Shown: piece after piece, positions 9,234-18,618 of the stretch | Numbering within the stretch: the first letter of the stretch is position 1 | How the letters are laid out: every line of letters starts with the position of its first letter | Source: Candidatus Woesebacteria bacterium | GTDB taxonomy: Bacteria > Patescibacteriota > Microgenomatia > Woykebacterales > 2-01-FULL-43-14 | Direction of reading: 5' to 3' | Assembly: GCA_020060105.1 (NCBI GenBank) | Contig: JAGVAV010000023.1 | Coordinates: 14,905-78,904 of the forward strand | DNA: 64,000 bases | The notes under the pieces: model-generated | Told to the model about the DNA's origin: nothing | Seen by the model: only the letters and a program-made list of their open reading frames with translations | Database searches by the model: none | Made by a program: the position numbers and the translations under genes

Positions 9234-11918
9234 ATGCCGAATAAACCAATTTGCGATATTTGTCATATCCGACCCGCTACTCATACCATCCAAGTATCTA
9301 GAAATGGAAAAAGGGAAATAATCCAAGTTTGCGACGTCGATTACCAAAACGCTATAGAGCAACGAGGTTTTTTCTCACCCTTTGAGTCTTCCTTTGGTGC
9401 AGACCCTTTCGGATTCTCCTCTGATTACTACGATAATTTTGAAAACCTTTCTTCTCGGATAGGTTTTCCCATTCCCAGACACCGTGAATCCGTCGACATT
9501 GACCAGTTCTTCTCCGAACACACCAAAGAACTGATTCAAAAAGCTGCTCAAAAGGTCATTGAGTCTGGCAGAAACGAACTTGACACTGAGCATCTTCTGT
9601 ACGCCCTTATTGATAGCGATGTCATTACCGAAATCTTGGAACAATTCAATATCAATCCAAAAGATCTTAAAGGATACGTTGAAGACAACATCCCAAAAGG
9701 CAGGTTAGATAAGAAGGAAAAAGCCGAAGTCACTGTCTCTCCAAGAGTAAAAAATGTTATCGAAAAAGCCTTCGAAGTTTCTCGAGAAATGGGACATAGC
9801 TATATCGGTCCCGAACATTTGTTATTAGGGCTGGCAATGGAAGAAGATGGCTTGGCCTACGATATTCTAAAAAGCTACGGGTTAAATGCAAATGCCATTC
9901 GGCAACAAACGTTAAAAGTGGTTGGTCGAGGAGCGAAGGAAGGCCGAGTCGAAACTAAAACCAAGACGCCTCAACTCGACAAATATTCCCGCGATTTATC
10001 CAGGTTAGCCAAAGAAGGAAAACTAGACCCGGTTATCGGCAGATCCGATGAAATTGAGACAACGATTGAAATTCTCTCTCGAAGAACAAAAAATAATCCC
10101 GCATTGATCGGAGAACCCGGCGTCGGAAAAACAGCGATAGTTGAAGGACTAGCCCAAAGAATTGAAAACCGCGACGTTCCGGAAGTGTTGCTGAATAAAA
10201 GAGTGGTCGAATTTAATATCAATTCCATTGTCGCCGGATCTAAGTACCGAGGAGAATTTGAGGAAAGAATTAAAGAAGTCATCGACGAGATAGTTGTTCA
10301 TAAAGACGAATTGATTATTTTCGTTGATGAGCTGCATAACATTGTCGGTGCCGGAGCAACCGGAACGGAAGGTGGCCTAGATGTCTCTAACGTAATCAAA
10401 CCCTACCTGGCCCGGGGAGAACTTCACCTGATCGGAGCCACCACTCTAAATGAGTACCAGAAATATATTGAAAAAGACATGGCTTTGGAACGAAGATTTC
10501 AGCCTGTCTTTATTTCCGAACCGACCGTCCTCCAAACAATTGAGATTCTTCGCGGATTGCGGGACAAGTATGAAGCTCATCACAAAGTTAAAATTACAGA
10601 TGAGGCGATCGTTGCCGCAGCCGAACTTTCAAATAAATATATTAGTACCCGCTTCTTGCCTGATAAGGCAATCGATCTCGTGGACCAAGCCGCTTCTAGA
10701 GTGAGAATCCTTTATGCTTCGAAACCAGAAACCGTCAAAAAAATCGAAGAAAAAGTGACCCGATTAAAGAGGGAAGAAGAATCAGCCACTTCTCGAAGAC
10801 AATACGATCAAGCGAAAAGGTACGCTGAGGAAATTCAAGCCCTAGAAAAAAATATTGAAGAAGAAAGGGCTAACTGGCGAAGAGAAAGGGGAGTTACCAC
10901 CGGCGAAGTGAAAAAGGAACACATTGCTCAAATCGTTTCCAAAATCACAGGTATTCCTGTAACTGACCTTACGCAAGAAGAAAGAGAACGGCTTTTGAAA
11001 ATGGAAGAAAAACTTCACCAGCGAGTCATTGGTCAAAACGAAGCAGTTACCGCTGTTTCGGACGCGGTTCGTCGCTCCCGAGCAGGCTTAACGAGTGGAA
11101 AACACCCAATTGCCACCCTTATGTTTCTCGGCCCAACCGGGGTGGGAAAAACCGAACTGGCTAGATCTCTGGCGTGGGTCATTTTTGGGGATGACGAAGC
11201 CTTGATTCGATTGGATATGAGCGAGTATAGGGAAAGGCACTCTGTTTCTAGATTAATCGGCGCTCCACCGGGCTATGTGGAGTATGAAGAAGCCGGGCAA
11301 CTCACCGAATCCATTCGAAGACGGCCTTACAGCGTTGTCTTGCTTGATGAGATTGAAAAAGCCCATCCAGACGTTTTCAATATTCTTTTACAGGTTTTAG
11401 ACGACGGCCGGCTCACTGACAGTAAAGGACGAACGGTTGATTTTACCAATACTATTATTATCGCCACAAGCAATCTCGGCTCTGATATTATTTACAAAAA
11501 TTTAATGACCAAGCAGAAAAAATCTTACGAAGAATTAAGAGGGGAGTTAAATATTTTACTCAAGAATTACTTCCGACCAGAGTTTTTGAACCGAACCGAT
11601 GAAATTATTGTTTTTCATGCTCTCACTGAAGAAGAAATAAAGACCATTACTAAGCTTCGGTTAGAAAGACTTAAGGTAATGGCTCGGGGGCAGGGAATTG
11701 ATCTTTCTTTCGATAAATCGGCCGTTGAACACATCGCCAAAGAAGGCTTTGCCCCAGAATTTGGAGCGCGAGAACTTCAAAGAAAAATCAAAACAGAGAT
11801 CGAAAACCCTCTCGCTAAAGAAGTGTTGAGCGGAAAAATAAAAGAAGGGGAGAAAATCGTGGCTTTTTTCGATCCTGTAAATCATGTTTTCAATTTTTCC
11901 CATTCAGCTTCTCCCTAA
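9234..11918 (+). CDS. clpG: Hsp100 AAA+ ATPase, ClpG/ClpK-like disaggregase
   Basis: N1 CDIC..PAT..NG..CDVDY; Clp-N repeats; Walker A GEPGVGKT and GPTGVGKT; close to the recalled ClpK sequence (LDKYSRDL..GKLDPVIGR..EIETTIE). Confidence 0.8.
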   Translation: MPNKPICDICHIRPATHTIQVSRNGKREIIQVCDVDYQNAIEQRGFFSPFESSFGADPFGFSSDYYDNFENLSSRIGFPIPRHRESVDIDQFFSEHTKELIQKAAQKVIESGRNELDTEHLLYALIDSDVITEILEQFNINPKDLKGYVEDNIPKGRLDKKEKAEVTVSPRVKNVIEKAFEVSREMGHSYIGPEHLLLGLAMEEDGLAYDILKSYGLNANAIRQQTLKVVGRGAKEGRVETKTKTPQLDKYSRDLSRLAKEGKLDPVIGRSDEIETTIEILSRRTKNNPALIGEPGVGKTAIVEGLAQRIENRDVPEVLLNKRVVEFNINSIVAGSKYRGEFEERIKEVIDEIVVHKDELIIFVDELHNIVGAGATGTEGGLDVSNVIKPYLARGELHLIGATTLNEYQKYIEKDMALERRFQPVFISEPTVLQTIEILRGLRDKYEAHHKVKITDEAIVAAAELSNKYISTRFLPDKAIDLVDQAASRVRILYASKPETVKKIEEKVTRLKREEESATSRRQYDQAKRYAEEIQALEKNIEEERANWRRERGVTTGEVKKEHIAQIVSKITGIPVTDLTQEERERLLKMEEKLHQRVIGQNEAVTAVSDAVRRSRAGLTSGKHPIATLMFLGPTGVGKTELARSLAWVIFGDDEALIRLDMSEYRERHSVSRLIGAPPGYVEYEEAGQLTESIRRRPYSVVLLDEIEKAHPDVFNILLQVLDDGRLTDSKGRTVDFTNTIIIATSNLGSDIIYKNLMTKQKKSYEELRGELNILLKNYFRPEFLNRTDEIIVFHALTEEEIKTITKLRLERLKVMARGQGIDLSFDKSAVEHIAKEGFAPEFGARELQRKIKTEIENPLAKEVLSGKIKEGEKIVAFFDPVNHVFNFSHSASP

Positions 11919-12020
11919 TCTATTTTACCTATGCGGATATCCCAATTTCTGTTAACCACCCTGTTTTCGTTAAAGGCATTCTGATTCGAAATTTTTCTCT
12001 AGAAGTGATATAAGTTATGT

Positions 12021-13001
12021 ATGAGTGACCAGAACATTAAGTGGAACAATAAAGTTAAGCTTGTTTTAGCCGATGTCGATGAGACGATAGCGGATGTTTA
12101 TACTCCCGCGGAGCCGGAAATGATCGGAGAACTAACCTCTGTCCTTGAAGAAGGGGTAGTTATCTTTTTCGTTACAGGAGCAAGCCTCGCGAGGGTCGAA
12201 TCGAGAATTACTAATCAAATTCCAGGCCATCTGAGAAGATTTACATTAGTAAGCCACTGTAACGGGGCAGAAGTATGGGGGTTTAATAGCGAGGGAGATA
12301 AAAAGGAGAAGCCCTTTTACAGTCTCTATGATGAAACTTTTTCCCAACAACAAAAAGATAAATGGCGAGAAATTGTCAAACAACTAATTGAAGAGTTTAA
12401 ACTCTCGGTCTACCCGGCAACTAAAGTTTCGGAGTTTAAAACGATGGCTGGCCATAATCCGCTAGCCGTAATGCTCGAAGATAGAGGACCGCAAATAACT
12501 TTTGAATTTGTTAACGGTTATGACCTCACACCGGAACAGGAAAAACAGCTAGAAATGTCCGTGCCACAAACTAATGGAGCACTAGATTTAAGAATTCCGG
12601 TGCTCGAAAGAGCAGATCGCCTGTTTCAAGAAAATAATATTCCGGTTACGCCAAGATTAGGAGGAATATTTGCCCTAGATTTTGCCATAAAAGGGGTATC
12701 AAAAACCTACTCAGTAAAGCACGTTCTCGAAAATGAAAATATCCTTGAGTCTGCCGGTTTATCAAGACAAGATTTAGAAAATCCAGATCACATTGAGATC
12801 TGGGGCGATAAATTTGATCAATTTAGAGGCGGCACGGATCGGCATATGTGCGAGGCGGTAAACCCAAAGGTTAGAGCGATTGACTTTCGTGAGGAAGACC
12901 CTTCCGGTTTTCTTCCTGGCTACAACGTGGTAATTTGGAAGGGAAAATATCACCTACACCATGGTTTACTAGAGTATCTTAAATCTCGACATAACAAGTA
13001 G
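12021..13001 (+). CDS. HAD superfamily hydrolase (IIB/phosphomannomutase-like)
   Basis: LADVDETI motif I; VTGAS; GVSK; WGDKF..GGTD. Confidence 0.8.
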   Translation: MSDQNIKWNNKVKLVLADVDETIADVYTPAEPEMIGELTSVLEEGVVIFFVTGASLARVESRITNQIPGHLRRFTLVSHCNGAEVWGFNSEGDKKEKPFYSLYDETFSQQQKDKWREIVKQLIEEFKLSVYPATKVSEFKTMAGHNPLAVMLEDRGPQITFEFVNGYDLTPEQEKQLEMSVPQTNGALDLRIPVLERADRLFQENNIPVTPRLGGIFALDFAIKGVSKTYSVKHVLENENILESAGLSRQDLENPDHIEIWGDKFDQFRGGTDRHMCEAVNPKVRAIDFREEDPSGFLPGYNVVIWKGKYHLHHGLLEYLKSRHNK

Positions 13002-13034
13002 GTGTGAACCTAACACACCCGGAGGGTGTGTTAG
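12999..13034 (+). repeat. Repeat A copy 5 (extended 11-bp stem), overlapping the HAD stop codon
   Basis: TAGGTGTGAAC-CTAACACACCC-GGA-GGGTGTGTTAG. Confidence 0.95.
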
Positions 13035-13043
13035 TGGAGTTAC

Positions 13044-13084
13044 AAGTCGGGGCTAGCCCTGATCCAATCGGGGCTGGCGGATCA
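13044..13084. repeat. REP-like element related to 40498-40550 and 37481-37549
   Basis: Shares CAAGTCGGGG, GATCCAATC and ATCGGG(A)CTGGCGGAT blocks. Confidence 0.5.
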
Positions 13085-13140
13085 AGTTAAATGGGTGTAT
13101 AATTCTTTCCAACGAGAACAAAATTCAGATTGGAAGGAGG

Positions 13141-13443
13141 GTGAGAGCCTTGATTTTTCTCGTTTGGCTGAGGATCGACAGAACCAAAGCCCCGAAGGCT
13201 GACCAAGTGGGCCGAGAAAAAGCGGTTAATTTTTTAGTTTCGCAAAGGTGTGCCGCCCGAGAAAGCTTGATATGGTGGCTAGCGCAGAATGGTCTTGAAA
13301 AGAAAGTGGAGATCATCAATACCTTAAGCCACCTTGGTGTTTTGGAAATGAACATCATGGAAGGGTCGCTGGAACTTCTCAAGCAATGTCCTTTCATCGA
13401 GGCAATCGTTCCTGATGTGAAGGTGGGGAATCTGATCCGTTAG
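13141..13443 (+). CDS. Orphan hypothetical protein
   Basis: TATAAT upstream, SD AAGGAGG, GTG start, terminator after. Confidence 0.65.
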   Translation: MRALIFLVWLRIDRTKAPKADQVGREKAVNFLVSQRCAARESLIWWLAQNGLEKKVEIINTLSHLGVLEMNIMEGSLELLKQCPFIEAIVPDVKVGNLIR

Positions 13444-13466
13444 AGCTAACTCGTTAACTTTCCTTA

Positions 13467-13503
13467 AACCGTCGACGAAAAAAACGTTGGCGGTTTTTCT
13501 TTG
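13467..13503 (+). terminator. Intrinsic terminator
   Basis: AACCGTCGACG..CGTTGGCGGTTTTTCTTTG. Confidence 0.75.
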
Positions 13504-13632
13504 ATAAACTTTCGTGGTATAAATAAATTATCCGGCTAGAACGGCTTCTGCACGTTTCAAATCTTTAAAAATCAATATCGTTTTACTATGGATATTTGAT
13601 CTCTTTTTACTTACCACTTTAGGAGCAACCAC

Positions 13633-13914
13633 GTGAACCGTGTTCAGTTATCAACCGAAGCAAAATATCTTAAACTTGGTTTATACGAGCATTACAAAGG
13701 TAAAAGGTATATGGTGCTAGGCGTGGCTATTCACAGCGAAACCCTGGAAGAATTTGTCGTCTATAAAGCTCTTTACGGAAAAGGATTTACTTGGTTAAGA
13801 CCGCTCAAGATGTTTTTGGAAACGATCGAGGTTGGGGGAAGGACAACCCCAAGATTTCGTTATCTTCCATCGACAGGAAGGTTAAACAAAGAAAAGGAAA
13901 TTAAATTAAGGTAA
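13633..13914 (+). CDS. DUF1653 family protein
   Basis: GLYEHYKGKRY.V..A.HSETLEE.VVY.ALYG..W.RP..MF. Confidence 0.85.
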   Translation: MNRVQLSTEAKYLKLGLYEHYKGKRYMVLGVAIHSETLEEFVVYKALYGKGFTWLRPLKMFLETIEVGGRTTPRFRYLPSTGRLNKEKEIKLR

Positions 13915-13938
13915 ACTTGATTTAAAAAGAGGAAATAA

Positions 13939-14577
13939 ATGGCCATCACTGATTCGCGAGAGAAAATTATCTCAAAAAGAGGGTATCGAAAAGACATTTC
14001 CGGAGATCAATACGATCTTTACTTATCCAGTTATCCGGTGGCCGCTAACTACCTTATGGAAAGGCTAGCTGGTAGGGGTAAGGTCGTGGCCGAGCTTTGT
14101 TGTGGAGTAGGGGTCACCTTAGAAACACTCGCAAAGGTGTTTAATCATTTGATCGGTGTAGAGCTAGACGCAAATGCCTTAGCGCATTGTAGAAAAAATT
14201 TGGAAAGAGAAGGAGTATTAAATAAAGTTACTCTAATAAATGGCGACGTGTCTGACGAAGTTTTATTAAGAAACATCAAGGCAGATCTTGTCATTTACGA
14301 CATCCCGTACTGGGTGTCTCTAAAGTTGCCTGACGGGACAGATATCCTGGAGAAAAACCCAAACTTTGAGACTTTAGTGGTCAAGATCAAAGAGCTAATT
14401 ACCGAAGATATCGTTGTTTTTGCCCCGCCTTGGTTTGAATATCCTTTGGCGGAAAGAGTGTTTGGCAAATGTGAATTTCAGAAAATCTATATAAATGGCC
14501 GCTACGATCGAAATTACATTTTCTCTGGAAATCTAGTTAATCAGGAAGGGGTCGCGGAAAAACAACTGCGTTATTAA
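13939..14577 (+). CDS. Class I SAM-dependent methyltransferase
   Basis: AELCCGVG motif I; GVELD; INGDV; YDIPY. Confidence 0.8.
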   Translation: MAITDSREKIISKRGYRKDISGDQYDLYLSSYPVAANYLMERLAGRGKVVAELCCGVGVTLETLAKVFNHLIGVELDANALAHCRKNLEREGVLNKVTLINGDVSDEVLLRNIKADLVIYDIPYWVSLKLPDGTDILEKNPNFETLVVKIKELITEDIVVFAPPWFEYPLAERVFGKCEFQKIYINGRYDRNYIFSGNLVNQEGVAEKQLRY

Positions 14578-14710
14578 TCCCTGATTGATTAGAAAAGTAG
14601 AGATTAAAAGTAACAAAAGTGTATTCAAAAGAGAACCGTCCCCTTAGCCTTGCTTTTTATTCACGTTTATCCTTATAATAAGTCCCAAAGAAAATTCAAG
14701 GAGGGGGACA

Positions 14711-15103
14711 ATGCGCTTTAGAAAATGCCAAGAAGCCCTGTTTAAGGGGATGAGGCCAAGGTTCCCAAAAGGAATCAACCAACTAAACCAGCTTTACTCA
14801 AGTGGTAAGGGATTTAGTGTCAATGATCTTAGAGAGGTGCTCCGAGGAGTTCCTGGTTTTTACACGGCCTGCCTTGGTCTACTTACGTCGGATGGCTACC
14901 ACTGGCATGTCCAGGTAATCTTCCTATATGAAAACGAGGTTGTTTACGTCCTTTTTCCTTGGCGAGACAATAAGGGAATGGAGCGTTCAGTCGCACTTTA
15001 CCCTGAAGAAGCCATTCCGAAAGAAGCCCTGGTTCGCCTGGTAGGTAAGATAACAAAGTCCCTAGAAATGCGTCAAGTTCAAAGGGCAGACGTTCCCGCC
15101 TAA
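14711..15103 (+). CDS. Orphan hypothetical protein
   Basis: TATAAT and SD AGGAGG upstream; 130-aa ORF. Confidence 0.65.
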   Translation: MRFRKCQEALFKGMRPRFPKGINQLNQLYSSGKGFSVNDLREVLRGVPGFYTACLGLLTSDGYHWHVQVIFLYENEVVYVLFPWRDNKGMERSVALYPEEAIPKEALVRLVGKITKSLEMRQVQRADVPA

Positions 15104-15323
15104 TAACTTAATTTACTCTCGCCCCAGAAAACCCTTCATCCCAGATCCAAATGGAGCACTCGTGGAGGAGGTAATCACTTCTGTGTTTACTTCCTCTTTT
15201 CCTTTTAGCAAAAGAACAGATGTAAAGCTGGTGAATAATTGAAAACCAGGCCTATAGTTGACAGATGTTACGGCCCGTGGTAGAATTCCCTCAAATAAAC
15301 TAAAAAAGGAGAGTGCGCCTGCC

Positions 15324-15938
15324 ATGTGTTCAGACGACCAGATAGCAAAGCTGCGGGAAGATATCGACATTCTCACCCAAAGAGTAACCGCGCTTGAGGA
15401 AAAATTAGGGACCTCCCCAGAAGAAGTTCAAGAAAAAGTCTCGTTCGAAGAACACTTAGAAAAATTAAAGGAGGAGATTGGCCGGACCGTTTTCTCGTAC
15501 CATCGCGGCGGAAAACCAAAAGCGTTGGCAAGGGTGATTGATCTGATACCAAACATGTCGACGCTTGTTGAAAGAGCTCAAGTCGTTTCCCGTCTCCGAA
15601 GAGAAGAAAAAAAGCTTTTGAGTGAATTTCAGAAATTCTACGAGGGTTCTGAAGGTCTTCTTCAGGAAATCAGAGCCCTCGTTGAGCAGGCACCCAGAGA
15701 CCTCTACGAGAAAACGAGAATAGAGGCTGACACTTTCCTAACCAAACACGGTGTCTGGGGAAGCTGTATGGGAACCGTATATCAAATTGAGTACCTGTTC
15801 GGGGAAAGGAATGATTATAACTCAGGCCTTCTCTTAGGTGTACCGAGGGGAGCAATGGAAATGGTTACGTTCTTCCGAACAGTGCTTATCGTCATTAACG
15901 GCCTTGGCAACAAAAGCGCCACTCCCGTCTTGGCATAA
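15324..15938 (+). CDS. Orphan coiled-coil hypothetical protein
   Basis: TTGACA-17-TAGAAT promoter, AAGGAG SD, terminator at ~15954-15990. Confidence 0.65.
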   Translation: MCSDDQIAKLREDIDILTQRVTALEEKLGTSPEEVQEKVSFEEHLEKLKEEIGRTVFSYHRGGKPKALARVIDLIPNMSTLVERAQVVSRLRREEKKLLSEFQKFYEGSEGLLQEIRALVEQAPRDLYEKTRIEADTFLTKHGVWGSCMGTVYQIEYLFGERNDYNSGLLLGVPRGAMEMVTFFRTVLIVINGLGNKSATPVLA

Positions 15939-16138
15939 AAAAGCAACCGGTACGGGCAGTGTGTTGATAATCAACTACTGCCCTTTTTCTTTCTCCTTTG
16001 CCTTTTCCTCGGCACTCCTATTCACTGGAAAGCCGCCTTACTCACCCTGCTGCTCGAAACCAATCTTGTTAAACTTGCCTATAGTTGTATAATATATCTC
16101 TAGAAAGCTATCCAGATATTAGGAAAGGAGAGGAAGCA

Positions 16139-16810
16139 ATGTCTGCGGTAGTGGCTCTAAAGGAGCTGAAAGAGAGAATTAGCCACGTAAAATCTTCATT
16201 GGTAATGGCTCTAAAGAAGCTAAAGGGGAGACTTAGCCACGTAAAATCTTCATCCTGGCACTTTCAGTTCGTTGAAATGGTCTGGAAGGAGGGCGCTCGG
16301 AACTCGAAAGCTTGTTCGTATTACTGGGTTAAGTTTCCCACCTCGATGCTGATCGTTCTATTGGTTCTTTGCTTAGTTGGGGTGGTTTATCCCGTGGGGT
16401 GGTTCCTAGGCTTCCAGTTTAAGTTTTCAGCACCTAAAAGCGGCGAGTATAATGAGGGTGGTGAATTATTTTACCCTTACAAAACCACCAGAAAAGGTAA
16501 AAAGGTCCGGTTTGCTCCGTGGGAAATCGCTATGGGGATTTGCTGGGCCTTGATCGTAATCTTGGTGGCCCACCATCTAGTTTTCAATGACCCGGCCTTG
16601 GGCGTCGGGATACTCACGTATGGAGCATTGACAGTCGCGTTAGTCACTCTCTGCGTGCTGCTGTGGCCCGTGTTACGGAAGAAGGCAACTTCAAGTGATC
16701 GACCCAGACTTAGGCTGTTTTCTTTCCGGGGCAGTATCGACAATCGGCTCACCCGCAATCTGTCTTCTTTTTGGGACAGGGTCTGTCCCAAACTAATCGT
16801 TGACGAATAA
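16139..16810 (+). CDS. Orphan membrane protein with N-terminal 18-aa duplication
   Basis: SD AGGAGAGG; three hydrophobic segments. Confidence 0.65.
   Translation: MSAVVALKELKERISHVKSSLVMALKKLKGRLSHVKSSSWHFQFVEMVWKEGARNSKACSYYWVKFPTSMLIVLLVLCLVGVVYPVGWFLGFQFKFSAPKSGEYNEGGELFYPYKTTRKGKKVRFAPWEIAMGICWALIVILVAHHLVFNDPALGVGILTYGALTVALVTLCVLLWPVLRKKATSSDRPRLRLFSFRGSIDNRLTRNLSSFWDRVCPKLIVDE
16147..16254 (+). repeat. 54-bp imperfect tandem duplication (in frame)
   Basis: ggtagtggctctaaag..agccacgtaaaatcttcat, twice. Confidence 0.9.
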
Positions 16811-16833
16811 ATCATCGTCGAAGGAGTAAACTG

Positions 16834-16870
16834 ACCGCCAGTAAAGAAATATACTGGCGGTTTTTCTTTG
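16834..16870 (+). terminator. Intrinsic terminator
   Basis: ACCGCCAGTA..TACTGGCGGTTTTTCTTTG. Confidence 0.8.
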
Positions 16871-17068
16871 GCAAATGATCCAAACCCATCCTCTTCTCCT
16901 CACACTTTGCCAAGATATTTCCTAAACCGAGGTCTAACCTAAGGCGGGTTTGAAAAAAGCTTTGATAAAAGATCTTTACCTTTTTTTAAAGATTTGCTAA
17001 TATTAGGACTGTTGTCTTCATTAGGGCTCATAAAAGTTTAGAAATTTTTAAAAAATTATTCTTTTACT

Positions 17069-18508
17069 ATGTCAATGACTAAGTTAATAAACCGATTGAA
17101 AAATCCTGCCTTTCTCGCTCTGGCAGCTCTCTTTCTGAGCGCTACGTCTGTCTTCGCGGCCGAAGGGGCCACTAACAACCACGCCGCTTTTGCTCTTACC
17201 TTTGGTTGGATCGCCGTCCTTCTTTTTATCGCCAAACTCTCCGGACTGGTAGACAGGTTTGGTCTGCCTCCCGTCCTCGGGGAGCTAATCGTCGGGGTGA
17301 TCTTAGGCAATCTTGTTTTGCTCAATATCCACTGGTTTGAACCTCTCAAACATAGCGAGATTATCACCTTTTTAGCTGAGCTGGGAGTAATCATCTTACT
17401 TTTTCAATCCGGTTTAGAGTCAAATCTCACCGAGATGCGCCGGGTAGGAGTAAGAGCTTCCCTCGTCGCGATCATTGGGGTAGTCGTTCCGTTCCTTCTT
17501 GGGGCGTATCTGGCCGGACCTTGGCTTTTGCCAAATCTCTCAAGTAACAGTTATCTTTTCCTGGGAGCCGCTTTAACAGCCACCTCGGTTGGGATTACCG
17601 CCAGAGTTTTTCGTGATCTGGGCAAAAGTAAAATAAAAGAAGCCAAAATTGTTCTTGGCGCGGCGGTAATTGATGACGTTTTAGGTTTGATCATCCTAGC
17701 AGTTGTCTCCGCTATCGTCACTAAAGGAAACGTCAACCCGGCGGAAATTGGATTAATCAGCGCAAAAGCGATTGGATTTTTGGTCTCGGCCATCTTAATT
17801 GGCCAACTTATCGCGCCGCACCTTTCTAAGCTCCTTTCCAAAATCCATGATGGGGTAGGAATGAAGTTTACGCTAGCCATTACTTTCGCCCTCGTTTTTT
17901 CTTACCTCGCCAGTCTAATTGGCCTCGCCCCAATTGTCGGAGCTTTTGCCGCCGGTCTTATCCTTGACCCAGTCCATTTCAAAGCCTTCAAGGACCCGGA
18001 AATCGTAACAGAACTGCGAGAGGTTGCCAACGACGTTTCGGAAAAAGCGAAAGATAAAATTATCAGCACCATCCGCCATCACTCCGATCATCACCTCGAA
18101 GAAATTATTCAACCCATTGGACTTCTTCTTGTCCCGATATTCTTTGTGGTAACCGGGCTGCAAGTTAAGCTGGAAACTTTGGCTAATCCCTCAATACTGC
18201 TAACCGCCTTAGCGATAACCCTCGTCGCCGTCGGGGGTAAAGTCATCGCCGGTACGGCAGCCGGAAATGTGAATAAGTGGGTCGTGGGTTGGGGAATGGT
18301 CCCTCGGGGAGAAGTAGGCTTGATCTTTGCCAACGTCGGTAAAGCTTTAGGAGTAGTCGGGGATGAAGCTTTTTCGGTCATTGTTATTATGATTATTCTT
18401 ACCACTCTCCTTACTCCGCCAATTCTGACCTTTTTACTTAAGCAGCAATCTCAACAAGCCTCGGCAAAGCCTGACAGCATCCCAACCGCTGTTCCATCAA
18501 CGTTGTAG
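17069..18508 (+). CDS. Cation:proton antiporter (CPA2, KefB/NapA-like)
   Basis: PPVLGELIVG; ATSVGIT; GAAVIDDVLG; GMVPRGEVGL. Confidence 0.9.
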   Translation: MSMTKLINRLKNPAFLALAALFLSATSVFAAEGATNNHAAFALTFGWIAVLLFIAKLSGLVDRFGLPPVLGELIVGVILGNLVLLNIHWFEPLKHSEIITFLAELGVIILLFQSGLESNLTEMRRVGVRASLVAIIGVVVPFLLGAYLAGPWLLPNLSSNSYLFLGAALTATSVGITARVFRDLGKSKIKEAKIVLGAAVIDDVLGLIILAVVSAIVTKGNVNPAEIGLISAKAIGFLVSAILIGQLIAPHLSKLLSKIHDGVGMKFTLAITFALVFSYLASLIGLAPIVGAFAAGLILDPVHFKAFKDPEIVTELREVANDVSEKAKDKIISTIRHHSDHHLEEIIQPIGLLLVPIFFVVTGLQVKLETLANPSILLTALAITLVAVGGKVIAGTAAGNVNKWVVGWGMVPRGEVGLIFANVGKALGVVGDEAFSVIVIMIILTTLLTPPILTFLLKQQSQQASAKPDSIPTAVPSTL

Positions 18509-18618
18509 ACGAACAAATATCAGCGCTACTTTTGTGATCCTTTCATCCTCAGTGTTCAAGAAAGGTGAAGGCCTTTTATTGATCCAAAAATTCCCAAACT
18601 CTAAAATTCAACTAGGAA

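Noticed and set aside
1980-13034. Repeat A as a CRISPR array
   Set aside because: Spacing is 0.8-5.4 kb with whole genes between copies, and no cas genes are present.
1868-15111. Shared GCCTAATAACTTAA at two gene ends (1868 and 15098)
   Set aside because: A single AT-rich 14-mer pair is expected by chance in 64 kb.
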